Shown here: positions 1 through 8,778 of the stretch, piece by piece | Layout: each line of letters begins with the position of its first letter | Numbering within the stretch: the stretch's first letter is position 1 | Source of the DNA: Planctomycetaceae bacterium | GTDB lineage: Bacteria; Planctomycetota; Planctomycetia; Pirellulales; UBA1268 | Assembly (NCBI GenBank): GCA_947481985.1 | Contig: CANKIK010000006.1 | Location: 13,382 to 77,381 of the forward strand | Reading direction: 5' to 3' | Length of the DNA: 64,000 nucleotides | Position numbers and translations under genes: made by a program | Notes under the pieces: generated by a model | Databases searched by the model: none | What the model was told of the DNA's origin: nothing | The model's input: the letters and a program-made list of their open reading frames with translations, nothing else

Positions 1-1
1 C

Positions 2-184
2 GAGACCGCCGCCGAAATCCCCCCCTACCTGACGCTCAACCTCACCGCCAAGGGGATCGATCGCGGTCTGTGGAGAGTCCCCGACGACCTGCTCTCGCAG
101 GCCCGCTACCTGATCGATGACGCCGGCCGGCACGATGCCAAGGATGCCGTGTTGCCAGGTCCGTTCACCGAACCGCAGCCGTGA
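2..184 (+). CDS. 3' end of an unidentified CDS truncated by the window edge (last ~60 codons)
   Basis: Frame 2 is open from the window edge to TGA at 182-184, with strong G/C third-position bias (ETAAEIPPYLTLNLTAKGIDRGLWRVPDDLL...). No family recognised. It converges on the mptG-like gene and overlaps its 3' end by ~20 nt. Confidence 0.35.
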   Translation, partial: ETAAEIPPYLTLNLTAKGIDRGLWRVPDDLLSQARYLIDDAGRHDAKDAVLPGPFTEPQP

Positions 185-1250
185 ATCGGAGCCTCGCTCC
201 CCGGGACTCGAAACGGGCGATCACCAGGTCGTGGTCGCGGTCGAAGCCCTCGCTGGTGAGGCGTCCCACCAGGGTTTGCGCATCGGCGTCTGACTGACAA
301 CAGACGAGCACCGCCGGGCCCCAACTGCTCTGTGCTGCACCACGGAAACCGATCTCACCGAGCCGATCGATGAGCCGCCCGGTTGCCTCGTGGAAGGGGA
401 GCCTGCCCGACTCCGACTCAAATGGCACCCCAGCCAGCCTCCCGTAGGCATGCAGGGCCGAGGAGAATCTGGCGAAATCCCCCTCCATCGCCGCGGGGAG
501 CAATTCCAGCAACGCCAGCCGCGCCAGTTCAGCCGTCACCCCCGGGTCGACCGCGGGCAGGCGGGAGAAGGCTTCCTTCTCAGGGTTGCCGTAGAGCCCT
601 TCGGCATCCCGACGGATGACGAGCACGCCCCGCCACACCTCCGGCAGCCTCACCTGGGCGATCAGCGGCGAGACGCCGACAGCGGCCGGGCCGGCAGGCA
701 ACCATCTCCCCGCCTCGACGATCAAGCCGCCACCGCCAAACCCATAGATCCCCACGCAACTCCGCCGTCCCCGCCCCACCGTGCGCCCAAGCGCCAGAGC
801 CTCCTCCGCACAAAAGCGCCGTTCTTCCCCGATCTCGATCGGCCCGCGGGGACTGTCGGGGGGGGCATGAAGAGCGTGCAGGCCGGCTGCCACTGCCAGT
901 GCCAGTTGGGTCCCGCTCCCCAGCCCAACATGGGAGCGTGGCGCCGACAAGACCTCAATCCGGCAGGCGGCGTGGCGATCCAAGCGCATGGCGGCGGCGC
1001 ATTCGCGGGCAAACTCCACCGCACGCTCGCCGAGCGTGCCAACGCCTTGGAACTCGGTATCGCGTTCCATCCGCACTTCCACCCCGGGGCTCTCAAGCAT
1101 CACCCCGATCCCCCCAAAACCACGCATCGCTGCCTGACCGAAGGAGAACATCCCCAGGTGGACCCGGGCCGGCGTCCGCACCTCGACGGCTGCATGGCTC
1201 CGCCCGGAAGATGACAGAGCGAAGGGGGATGGGATGGGCAGTTGAGCCAT
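165..1250 (-). CDS. mptG: beta-ribofuranosylaminobenzene 5'-phosphate (beta-RFAP) synthase, GHMP-kinase fold (H4MPT biosynthesis)
   Basis: VEVRTPARVHLGMFSFG...GGIGVMLESPGVEV and PRSHVGLGSGTQLALAVAAGL resemble the archaeal MJ1427-type beta-RFAP synthase motifs (TPSRIHLG, HSGLGSGTQLSLAVG). The 529-aa ORF was trimmed to the ATG at 1250 (MAQLPIP...) because the upstream extension overlaps the DUF447 gene. Confidence 0.8.
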   Translation of the reverse strand: MAQLPIPSPFALSSSGRSHAAVEVRTPARVHLGMFSFGQAAMRGFGGIGVMLESPGVEVRMERDTEFQGVGTLGERAVEFARECAAAMRLDRHAACRIEVLSAPRSHVGLGSGTQLALAVAAGLHALHAPPDSPRGPIEIGEERRFCAEEALALGRTVGRGRRSCVGIYGFGGGGLIVEAGRWLPAGPAAVGVSPLIAQVRLPEVWRGVLVIRRDAEGLYGNPEKEAFSRLPAVDPGVTAELARLALLELLPAAMEGDFARFSSALHAYGRLAGVPFESESGRLPFHEATGRLIDRLGEIGFRGAAQSSWGPAVLVCCQSDADAQTLVGRLTSEGFDRDHDLVIARFESRGARLRFTAAVR

Positions 1251-1287
1251 GCCGACAGTAGACGGTGTCGGCCCGGGACGGGGCAAG

Positions 1288-1881
1288 TCAGCCGCGTGGG
1301 AAACCATCGGCATGCTCCGCGACCCGCGAACTGAGCAGCGCGAAGGCCTCGGCCTCCCGCTGCCCCCCTGTCTTCTCCACCAGAACAGCGAGGGCCGCGA
1401 ATTGGTCGCGGACGTCGTCGATCGGAAGAATATGGAGACGGGTGACGAGGATCGCAGCCTCGACGACCGCATGCCGGGCGCGGACAAAACCGGCCCAGGG
1501 GCGCCCCTGGTGTACACGCTCGACGCGGGCCTCGAGGCGATGGCGCTGCCCCGACCGGTCGGCGGAATCGATGCGAAACTCCCACGCCCGGCAGGCGTCG
1601 GCGAGCCTCCACCCAGTGACCGCCTCCGCAGCCAGCAACGGGGGAATCGGCGCTCCCCCAACAACCGTTCGAGCGAGGAGGAGGACGTCGTCGGAGATCT
1701 GGAAAACTCCCTCCCCCGCCACGACAAGATTCCGAGCGGTGAGGCTGGTGGCAAAGGGCTTCAACAGCAGCCTCTCGATGCACCCGGAGGCCACCGCCTC
1801 CTCATCGACCTCCGGCCCCATCGCCGCCAGATGGGGACGGCCGTCAGCATCCCGGGTGGTGATCAATCCTTCGAGAATCAT
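1288..1881 (-). CDS. DUF447-family protein (flavin-reductase-like split barrel; co-occurs with H4MPT genes)
   Basis: 197-aa ORF with an ATG start: MILEGLITTRDADGRPHLAAMG...LLLKPFATSLTARNL. N-terminal pattern is typical of DUF447. Lies directly upstream of mptG in the same orientation. Confidence 0.7.
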   Translation of the reverse strand: MILEGLITTRDADGRPHLAAMGPEVDEEAVASGCIERLLLKPFATSLTARNLVVAGEGVFQISDDVLLLARTVVGGAPIPPLLAAEAVTGWRLADACRAWEFRIDSADRSGQRHRLEARVERVHQGRPWAGFVRARHAVVEAAILVTRLHILPIDDVRDQFAALAVLVEKTGGQREAEAFALLSSRVAEHADGFPRG

Positions 1882-1947
1882 AGCGCGATTGTCCGCGGGA
1901 TTGGAGGGGCACCTTTCCGGAGCGACTGCCTGACAGGCTGCCCAGCA

Positions 1948-3201
1948 TCAGCATTCGGGATCGAGCCGTGCCCGGCCGGTGAACTCCATCCAGGCGAGGT
2001 ATCCGGCTGCCCCAAGCCACACCACGATTTGCAACACTAGCAGCGACCAGTGGCATTCAAGCAACCGCTGGGGAGCAAGCAACGACACCGCCACACCCGC
2101 AAGCACCAACCGCGCCGGGAGATCTGGCCGCCGCGCTGCCAAGACCATCAGCGCCACCAGCGTCGGGAAGAGCATGATGTTGTCGTAGAACCGATGATAG
2201 AGCAGCACCCGCATCGGTACGGCGCACACCCCCGCCAGCCCGAGAAAGCTGAAACGGTGGCTGTTGCGGTGGAGGATCACGGCCGCGGTGATCCCCCCGG
2301 CCATCAGGATCGTCATCGCCACATAGGTTCCGGCCGCGCGGGGAAGTCCCAGCGCCGCCAGACTTTGACCAAAGAGTGATGACTGGGCCCCCATTGCCGC
2401 CGGAATCCGGAACACCCAGTGCTCGAGCATCGCCCCGGCAGACACGCCAGTCCAAGCGCACGCCGCCAGACTGAGGCCCAACAGAACAGCCCCCCCCACG
2501 ACCCCTCCCTGCCACTGCCGCCGGACGCAAAACAGCGCTGCGAAGCCGAGGCTGTTTTGCGGCTTGAGCATCGAGAGGGCCCAAGCGACCCCTGCCTCTG
2601 TCGCCCGCCGCTGCTGGAGAAACATAATTTCAAGGACAACCAGTGCCGTGCAGATGATCGAGAATTGGCCCAGATTGAAGACGTTGGACGTCCCCGCCAT
2701 CGCTCCGGCGGCGAAGGCGGCGATCCAGGCCATTTCCACCCCGGCGAACCGCAGCGAACGCCAGCCGAAAACCCCAATCACCACGAGCGCCGCCAGCGAC
2801 ATCGCCTGCAGCATCGCCGTGCCCTCGATCATCCCCTCCCCCGGGAAGAAGAGCGCGAGCATCGGCATCGCGTAGGGAGGATAGACGGTGAACGGCACCC
2901 CGGGCGGAATGGGGGGGGGGATGAGGGCGGGGTTGGGATAGACGCCGCGCGCGAACCACTGGTACTCCCGGAACCGAATCCCCAGGTCCTGGGTGTGGAA
3001 GTTTACAAACCACTCCAGATGGATCCCACGGACCACCATCCACACCGAGAGGATCGTGATCCCCACCGCGATCACGCGGAGGAGCAAGGTGCGGCGCCCG
3101 CGTTCCTTTTCCGACAGCACACTCCCCGCGCCCCGACCGCTCGTCGCGGTGGCGACGTTCCTCGCGGAACTCGGAATCGGACGGGAGCAGGGGAGTGCCA
3201 T
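1948..3201 (-). CDS. polytopic integral membrane protein (possible DUF2029/GT-C-like glycosyltransferase; function uncertain)
   Basis: 417-aa ORF with an ATG start and many hydrophobic segments (LLLRVIAVGITILSVWMVV, AMSLAALVVIGVFGW, FSIICTALVVLEIMFL, and others). Same strand as the flanking genes and tightly spaced. Confidence 0.6.
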   Translation of the reverse strand: MALPCSRPIPSSARNVATATSGRGAGSVLSEKERGRRTLLLRVIAVGITILSVWMVVRGIHLEWFVNFHTQDLGIRFREYQWFARGVYPNPALIPPPIPPGVPFTVYPPYAMPMLALFFPGEGMIEGTAMLQAMSLAALVVIGVFGWRSLRFAGVEMAWIAAFAAGAMAGTSNVFNLGQFSIICTALVVLEIMFLQQRRATEAGVAWALSMLKPQNSLGFAALFCVRRQWQGGVVGGAVLLGLSLAACAWTGVSAGAMLEHWVFRIPAAMGAQSSLFGQSLAALGLPRAAGTYVAMTILMAGGITAAVILHRNSHRFSFLGLAGVCAVPMRVLLYHRFYDNIMLFPTLVALMVLAARRPDLPARLVLAGVAVSLLAPQRLLECHWSLLVLQIVVWLGAAGYLAWMEFTGRARLDPEC

Positions 3202-3212
3202 GCGCGAGAGCG

Positions 3213-3983
3213 TTATTTCCAGTTCGAGTAGTCGGTGGGCACGAGATATTCCGAGAGGACTCCGTCCTTGGCTTCGGTGAGTAGGCCACCGGCCTTCTTC
3301 TCAGACGCCTCGCGGGCGGTCACCCATTCCGGGTCTTTGCGGAACGATTCAAACGAGGCCTTCGCCGCCTCGACGCTGTCGTGGGAGAGGAGATAGATCA
3401 GTTTCCGGTCGGCGTCGGGGCTCCCCTCGACGAGGTTCCAGTAGATGAGGTTTCTCATGCCATGCCGAGTGAAAAGGGCGAGGGTGTGATCCCGAAAGCG
3501 GGCGTTGAGCCCACCGAGATTGCCGGGAGAGGAGGTATAGGTCCGCAGTTCAAAGACCCGTTTCTTGGATTCGTTCTGGATGTCGAGTGCCGGCGAGTAG
3601 TCGGTGGTCGTCATGAACGTTTCAGTTGCCTTCTCAACGAGTTTGCCATCCTTCTCGGAGGCCGAATAGGCCGCCTTCCACTCCGGATCGTTGACGAACG
3701 CCCCCCACGATGCATCCCGCGCCTGGCGGTCGGGATAGGAGAGGAAGTAGACGAGTTTCCGCTCGGGGTTGTCACCCACCGGCACAAAGTAGCCGACGTT
3801 GGTCATGCCGTGCTTGGCGAAGAGTTTCGTGGTGTGGTCGCGGAAGCGGGCATGGAGGGCGTCGAGCTTGCCGGGAGGGGCGAAATAGACGCGCATCTCG
3901 TAGAGCCGGCCATCCTCGGCCGCGCGGACAAGCGTCATCCCAAGCATGGCGATGACGAACGTGGTGAACAGAATACGGATCAT
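3213..3983 (-). CDS. secreted tandem NIPSNAP-domain protein
   Basis: Signal-like N-terminus MIRILFTTFVIAMLGMTLVRAAED, followed by two copies of the NIPSNAP pattern (YEMRVYFAPPGKLDALHARFRDHTTKLFAKHGM and FELRTYTSSPGNLGGLNARFRDHTLALFTRHGM). Only the last 256 codons of the 732-aa ORF are used; an ATG at 3983 was confirmed. Confidence 0.8.
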   Translation of the reverse strand: MIRILFTTFVIAMLGMTLVRAAEDGRLYEMRVYFAPPGKLDALHARFRDHTTKLFAKHGMTNVGYFVPVGDNPERKLVYFLSYPDRQARDASWGAFVNDPEWKAAYSASEKDGKLVEKATETFMTTTDYSPALDIQNESKKRVFELRTYTSSPGNLGGLNARFRDHTLALFTRHGMRNLIYWNLVEGSPDADRKLIYLLSHDSVEAAKASFESFRKDPEWVTAREASEKKAGGLLTEAKDGVLSEYLVPTDYSNWK

Positions 3984-4160
3984 CAGGACTGCTCCTCGGT
4001 GGTCGGAACGATTGCTGAAGGTCTTGAATCTACGTGCTACAGGCCGGAAGGGGAACGGCCCTGCCCCACCACCGACGTGGAGGATTGTCTGGGATGACTT
4101 TTTCCACGGCGAGATAGACTGCAGGAACACCCCGCTCCCTTTCCGACACTTTCTACTGCC

Positions 4161-5630
4161 GTGACCGCCTCCCGCCAGCGCATCCACTTCGTGACCGGCC
4201 GGCTCGCGGAACCATCGCTGCGGGAGGTGCTTTCGCGACTCGGTCCCACGGTCGGCTTCGAGCCGACCGTTCAGGTGATGAACATCACCGTTGCCGCCTT
4301 GATGACCACGCCGTGGATCTCCAAACGGCTCCAGGTGCCGGAGGGAACCGACCGAGTGGTCCTTCCTGGCGCCGTCAGCGGCCCGCTCGACGCGGTGCAA
4401 AAGGTGAGCGGTGCCCCTGTCGAACGGGGCCCAGAGGACCTGCGGCGGCTCGATGAATACTTCGGCCAGCAGCGGAGCGATCTTGCTGACTACGGCCCGC
4501 ACTCCATCGAGATCATCGCCGAAATCAACCATGCCCCGCGGATGACCAACGATGCGATCCTCGCCGAGGCGCGGCGAATGCGTGCCGACGGTGCCGACCG
4601 CATCGACCTCGGCTGCGATCCCGAAGGGGGCTGGAGCGGTGTGGCCGACGTCGTTCGACGCCTCGTCGACGACGGGCACTCGGTCTCCATCGACAGCTTC
4701 GATCCCCAGGAAGTGACTGCCGCCGTACAGGCCGGGGCATCGCTCGTTCTCTCGGTGAATTCCACGAACGTCGAGCGGGCGGCCGACTGGGGCTGCGAGG
4801 TGGTGGCCGTCCCCGACGTCCCGGCCACACTGGAGGGGCTCTACGAGACCGTCGAACGACTCGATCGCGCCGGCGTGAAAGCGCGCGTCGATCCCGTTCT
4901 GGAACCGATCGGATTCGGATTCGCCGCCAGTCTCGGCCGCTATCTCGACGTCCGCCGCCGGCTCCCGACCGCCGAGATGATGATGGGGATCGGCAACCTC
5001 ACCGAACTCACCGACGTCGACTCCGCCGGGGTCAACGTCCTCCTGCTGGGATTTTGCCAGGAGGTGGGGATCCGTTCGGTGCTCACCACGGAGGTGATCC
5101 ATTGGGCGAAAAGCAGCGTGAAGGAATGCGACCTCGGCCGCCGGCTCGTCCACCACGCCGTCACGAAGCGGACGCTCCCCAAGCATGTCGAGCCCCGTCT
5201 GATCACGCTCCGCTCGGGAAAGCCGCAGCAGTACAGCGACACCGCTCTCGACCGGCTCGCCGCCGCGATCCGCGATCCCAATTTCCGCATCTTTGCCGAG
5301 CGGGGTGAGATTCATCTGGTCGGCCGCGATCTCCACCTGGCCTCCGCCGACCCATTTCAACTCTTTGCGGCACTCTCGGCGGCCGGCAGGAACGACATCG
5401 ATCCCTCCCATGCCTTCTACCTCGGTTACGAGCTGTCAAAGGCGGTCACGGCCCTCACGCTCCACAAGGATTACCGCCAGGACCAGTCGCTTGAATGGGG
5501 CCACCTCACGCGCCCCGAGATTGCCCATGGTCCCTCGCGGGCGGCGGCAGGCGTGGCCGGTGCCATCGACCCGGTGGCGCCGGACGACCCGCCGCCGGGA
5601 GCCCCGGCTGCCGGGGAGGAAACACCATGA
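4161..5630 (+). CDS. dihydropteroate-synthase-like pterin-binding protein (MptH-type, H4MPT biosynthesis)
   Basis: 489-aa ORF with a GTG start. Shows a pterin-binding TIM-barrel-like core (ADRIDLGCDPEGGW...VSIDSFDPQEV...LVLSVNS...MMMGIGNLTELTDVDSAGVN). It has N- and C-terminal extensions as in the bacterial DHPS-related proteins encoded next to H4MPT genes. Divergent from the mptG operon. Confidence 0.7.
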   Translation: MTASRQRIHFVTGRLAEPSLREVLSRLGPTVGFEPTVQVMNITVAALMTTPWISKRLQVPEGTDRVVLPGAVSGPLDAVQKVSGAPVERGPEDLRRLDEYFGQQRSDLADYGPHSIEIIAEINHAPRMTNDAILAEARRMRADGADRIDLGCDPEGGWSGVADVVRRLVDDGHSVSIDSFDPQEVTAAVQAGASLVLSVNSTNVERAADWGCEVVAVPDVPATLEGLYETVERLDRAGVKARVDPVLEPIGFGFAASLGRYLDVRRRLPTAEMMMGIGNLTELTDVDSAGVNVLLLGFCQEVGIRSVLTTEVIHWAKSSVKECDLGRRLVHHAVTKRTLPKHVEPRLITLRSGKPQQYSDTALDRLAAAIRDPNFRIFAERGEIHLVGRDLHLASADPFQLFAALSAAGRNDIDPSHAFYLGYELSKAVTALTLHKDYRQDQSLEWGHLTRPEIAHGPSRAAAGVAGAIDPVAPDDPPPGAPAAGEETP

Positions 5631-7174
5631 GCCCATCGTTCCTCGCGCTGCAACTCTCCCGCTGCCGGGCGACGCCTTCGGGGGCTCTCGTCGCTGAGTT
5701 ACCGGCAGACGTGACCGCCGTCGACATCTTCAAAGCGCTCGCTCAGGCTCCCCACCGGCTGTTCCTCGACAGCGCTGTGATCGATGGGACGGCCGCCAAC
5801 GGCAGTGTCGCGGCGACTGGTTCGGCACCGCGGTTGGGCAGGTTTTCGTTCGTGGCAGCCGACCCGGTCCACTCACTCACACTCGTGGCGCCGCAGCCGT
5901 GGGGGCCCGCCGCCGCAACGGCAGTCGGCGAGGCATTCTCCAGCATCCGTACCCTGCTTGCCGACCTCGCCTGCCCGACGATCCCCGGGCTGCCCCCGTT
6001 TCAGGGAGGGATCGGAGGGCTTGTCGGTTACGAAGCAGGCTTGGCGTTGCTCGGCATTGGCCCGCCGGAAGGGACCACGTCGACGATGCCCCTTCTCTCG
6101 CTCCATCTCTATGACGTCGTCTTTGCCTTCGACCACGATCTGGGGAAGGGCTGGGTGATCTCGCAGGGAGTTCCCGCCAAGGGGCCGGTGGCTCGGGCCC
6201 GCCTGGCCGCAGCGCGGATGGATGCAATTCTCGCCCTCCTCCGCGGCCCCTGCCCGACTGCGTCCACCATCCCTGGCAGGCTTCCCGGAAGCTGCCAGCA
6301 CGCACTCTCAGGCCATCCGGGGGTGTTCTCGACGCATTCCCCTGCCGACTACTACGCCATGGTGCGAGCCGGTATCGAATTCGTCCGCAGCGGCGACATT
6401 TTCCAGGTGAACCTCGCCCAGCGCCTCGCGGTGGCTGGGGAGATCGATCCTACCCGGCTCCACCTCCGGGCCCGCGTCGTTAACCCCGCGCCGTTCGCTG
6501 CCAGCTTCGACGCCGGCACCGCCCGGATCACGAGCATGTCGCCAGAACGGCTCCTCTCGGTGTCGCGTGGCATGGCGCGGATGCACCCCATCAAGGGAAC
6601 GCGCCGCGTCCTCGCCAGCCCTGAAGCCGATCTCTTCGCCGGGGACGATCTCGGCGCCAGCGCCAAGGACAGGGCCGAGAACGTGATGATCGTTGACCTC
6701 GTGCGCAACGACCTTTCCCGCGTCTGCACGCCACACAGCGTCCGCGTGGAGGCCCTCTGCCGGCTGGAGCGGTATTCCACGGTGCAGCATCTGGTGTCCA
6801 TCGTCACCGGAAAACTCCGCCCCGGCTTGGGGCCGCTCGATGCCCTTCTCGCGGCCCTCCCCGGGGGAAGCGTGACGGGTGCTCCCAAGCACCGGGCCTG
6901 CGAAATCATTTCCAGCCTCGAGCCCTTTGCACGCGGGGCGTACTGCGGGTCGATCGGCTACCTCGGACTCGATGGCAGTGCCGACTTCAACCTCCTCATC
7001 CGCACGTTTGTGGCGGCAGACGGCGCCGTGACATTCGCGGCCGGCGGGGGGATCACGGCGGCAAGTGATCCAGGCGCCGAACATGCCGAGAGCCTGCACA
7101 AGGCGGAGGGGATGCTGCGCGTGCTCGCGTCGCTCGGCCGCGATGCAGACGTCTCCAACGGGAGCGTGCCATGA
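5627..7174 (+). CDS. pabB: aminodeoxychorismate synthase component I (chorismate-binding enzyme, PabB/TrpE family)
   Basis: Motifs SPERLL, PIKGTRRV, DRAENVMIVDLVRNDLSRVC, GGSVTGAPKHRACEII and RGAYCGSIGYLG. The ATG at 5627 overlaps the upstream TGA (ATGA). Confidence 0.8.
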   Translation: MSPSFLALQLSRCRATPSGALVAELPADVTAVDIFKALAQAPHRLFLDSAVIDGTAANGSVAATGSAPRLGRFSFVAADPVHSLTLVAPQPWGPAAATAVGEAFSSIRTLLADLACPTIPGLPPFQGGIGGLVGYEAGLALLGIGPPEGTTSTMPLLSLHLYDVVFAFDHDLGKGWVISQGVPAKGPVARARLAAARMDAILALLRGPCPTASTIPGRLPGSCQHALSGHPGVFSTHSPADYYAMVRAGIEFVRSGDIFQVNLAQRLAVAGEIDPTRLHLRARVVNPAPFAASFDAGTARITSMSPERLLSVSRGMARMHPIKGTRRVLASPEADLFAGDDLGASAKDRAENVMIVDLVRNDLSRVCTPHSVRVEALCRLERYSTVQHLVSIVTGKLRPGLGPLDALLAALPGGSVTGAPKHRACEIISSLEPFARGAYCGSIGYLGLDGSADFNLLIRTFVAADGAVTFAAGGGITAASDPGAEHAESLHKAEGMLRVLASLGRDADVSNGSVP

Positions 7175-7836
7175 TCATTCTTCTCGACAACCGCGACAGT
7201 TTTGTCTTTAACCTCGCCCGCTATTTTCATCTCCTCGGGGTGCCGGCATTCGTTCTCCCCAGCCACGAGGTATCACCAGACGACATCGAGCGGTTCGAAC
7301 CCCAGGCGATCGTGATCTCGCCTGGCCCCTGCACGCCACTCGAGGCAGGCTGCTCGATGGCGGCGGTGCGGGCGTTCCGCGGACGCGTGCCAATACTCGG
7401 CGTCTGCTTGGGGCATCAGGCGATCGCCGCGGCGCTCGGCGGGCAGATCGTGCGGGCCCGCGAGCCAGTCCATGGGCGAACAAGCCCCGTGCACCACGAC
7501 GAAGTGAACCTCTTCGCGGGGATCCCCAGCCCGATGGTGGTGGCCCGCTACCATTCGCTCGTCATCGAGCGTGAGTCTTTGCCAGAGTCACTGGCCATCA
7601 CCGCCGTCGACGACGAGGGAACGATCATGGCGGTAGAGGACCGGGCCCGGGGGCTCTACGGCGTGCAATTCCACCCCGAATCGATCCTCACCCGCCATGG
7701 TTTTTCGCTCCTGGCAAACTTCCTCGATCTCGCCGGTATCCCCCGCGAGCGCGGGCTTCCGGAATCGGAGGCAGGCGCCGAACCGGCAGACGGATCCGCC
7801 CCCCCCGATGCCGATGAGCGGATCGTGACCTTCTGA
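7171..7836 (+). CDS. pabA: glutamine amidotransferase component II (PabA/TrpG family)
   Basis: MIILLDNRDSFVFNL..., triad context GVCLGHQAI and QFHPESILT. ATGA overlap with the pabB stop. Confidence 0.85.
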   Translation: MIILLDNRDSFVFNLARYFHLLGVPAFVLPSHEVSPDDIERFEPQAIVISPGPCTPLEAGCSMAAVRAFRGRVPILGVCLGHQAIAAALGGQIVRAREPVHGRTSPVHHDEVNLFAGIPSPMVVARYHSLVIERESLPESLAITAVDDEGTIMAVEDRARGLYGVQFHPESILTRHGFSLLANFLDLAGIPRERGLPESEAGAEPADGSAPPDADERIVTF

Positions 7837-7962
7837 CAGGCCTACACGTCAAACCGCTGACTGGTGCTGTCCGACTGATCCGCAGCCGCAATCGGCGTGC
7901 CATGTCATCGGTTCCCGGCAGAGTCGGCTTCGAGCGCACGCAAGCCACGAGGCCGGGGCTCC

Positions 7963-8778
7963 TCAGGCCCGCCGAAAACCGCCGTTGACCGGCAGCACCT
8001 GCCCGGTGACGAACGCCGCATCTGATGACACGAGCCAGCGGACCGCCGCGGCAATGTCGGCAGGCTCTCCCCAGCGTCCCAGCATGCTCTCACGCACCGC
8101 CCGCTTCTGCCACACCTCGCTTGCACCCTCCCCCCACTTGGTCCTGATCCACCCCGGCGCCACGCAGTTGACCCGCACCTGGGGGCTGAGTGACCGCGCC
8201 ACACTCCGCGTGAACGCCATCACAGCCCCCTTGCTGGCCGCGAAGAGTTCGCCGGAATCCCCCTCCATGCCACTCTCGGCCTGATCCCAACCGGTGGTCA
8301 CGATATTCCCCCGCGCCATGCCTGTCGCCGCCTGCTCGTCGCTCCAACGCTGCTTCATCTGTCGGCCAAAGGCCCGCGTCAGGATCATCGTCGATGTCAC
8401 GTCGACCCGCAGCAACTCCTCGAGTTTGCGTTCAAACCCCCACGCGGCGGCGGCGCCTGTGAGCACGTCGGCTCCGGCGACGAGGACGAGCGTGTCGAGA
8501 TCGGGAAGCCCCGTTGACACATCGTCGACCAACCGCAGGAGAGCCTCGTGATCGCCGAGATCGCAGAGGAACCTTCCGGCATACCGGTCCATCTGTGTCA
8601 ATTCCGCGGCAAGGTCAGCGGCGGCGGCGGCCGAGCGGCCATGGATCGCCACCGCCGCGCCGGCTGCAGCCAATTCCAATGCCACAGCGCGGCCGATGCC
8701 ATGCGTCGCACCGGTGACCAGCACCGTCCGCCGCCCGAGGTTCATTGCGGGGGAATCTCTGGCGGTAGCCGCGGTCAT
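7963..8778 (-). CDS. short-chain dehydrogenase/reductase with Phe in place of the catalytic Tyr
   Basis: Rossmann motif VLVTGATHGIGRAVA. The expected YxxxK reads F-A-A-S-K (GELFAASKGAV; codon ttc checked in the DNA). C-terminus GQVLPVNGG. The start at 8778 gives an ATGA overlap with the upstream propeller gene; an alternative ATG lies at 8745. Confidence 0.8.
   Translation of the reverse strand: MTAATARDSPAMNLGRRTVLVTGATHGIGRAVALELAAAGAAVAIHGRSAAAAADLAAELTQMDRYAGRFLCDLGDHEALLRLVDDVSTGLPDLDTLVLVAGADVLTGAAAAWGFERKLEELLRVDVTSTMILTRAFGRQMKQRWSDEQAATGMARGNIVTTGWDQAESGMEGDSGELFAASKGAVMAFTRSVARSLSPQVRVNCVAPGWIRTKWGEGASEVWQKRAVRESMLGRWGEPADIAAAVRWLVSSDAAFVTGQVLPVNGGFRRA

Noticed and set aside
1251-1754. 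N-terminal extension of the 529-aa ORF containing mptG
   Set aside because: It overlaps the DUF447 gene on the same strand in another frame and is Ser/Arg/Pro-rich. The ATG at 1250 leaves a 37-nt gap to the DUF447 stop and begins just before the conserved TPARVHLG block.
3984-5411. N-terminal ~476 aa of the 732-aa minus-strand ORF 3213-5411
   Set aside because: Only the last 256 codons form a coherent protein (signal peptide plus two NIPSNAP domains). The upstream part is antisense to the well-supported DHPS-like gene and has Arg/Gly/Pro-rich junk composition typical of off-frame ORFs in high-G+C DNA.
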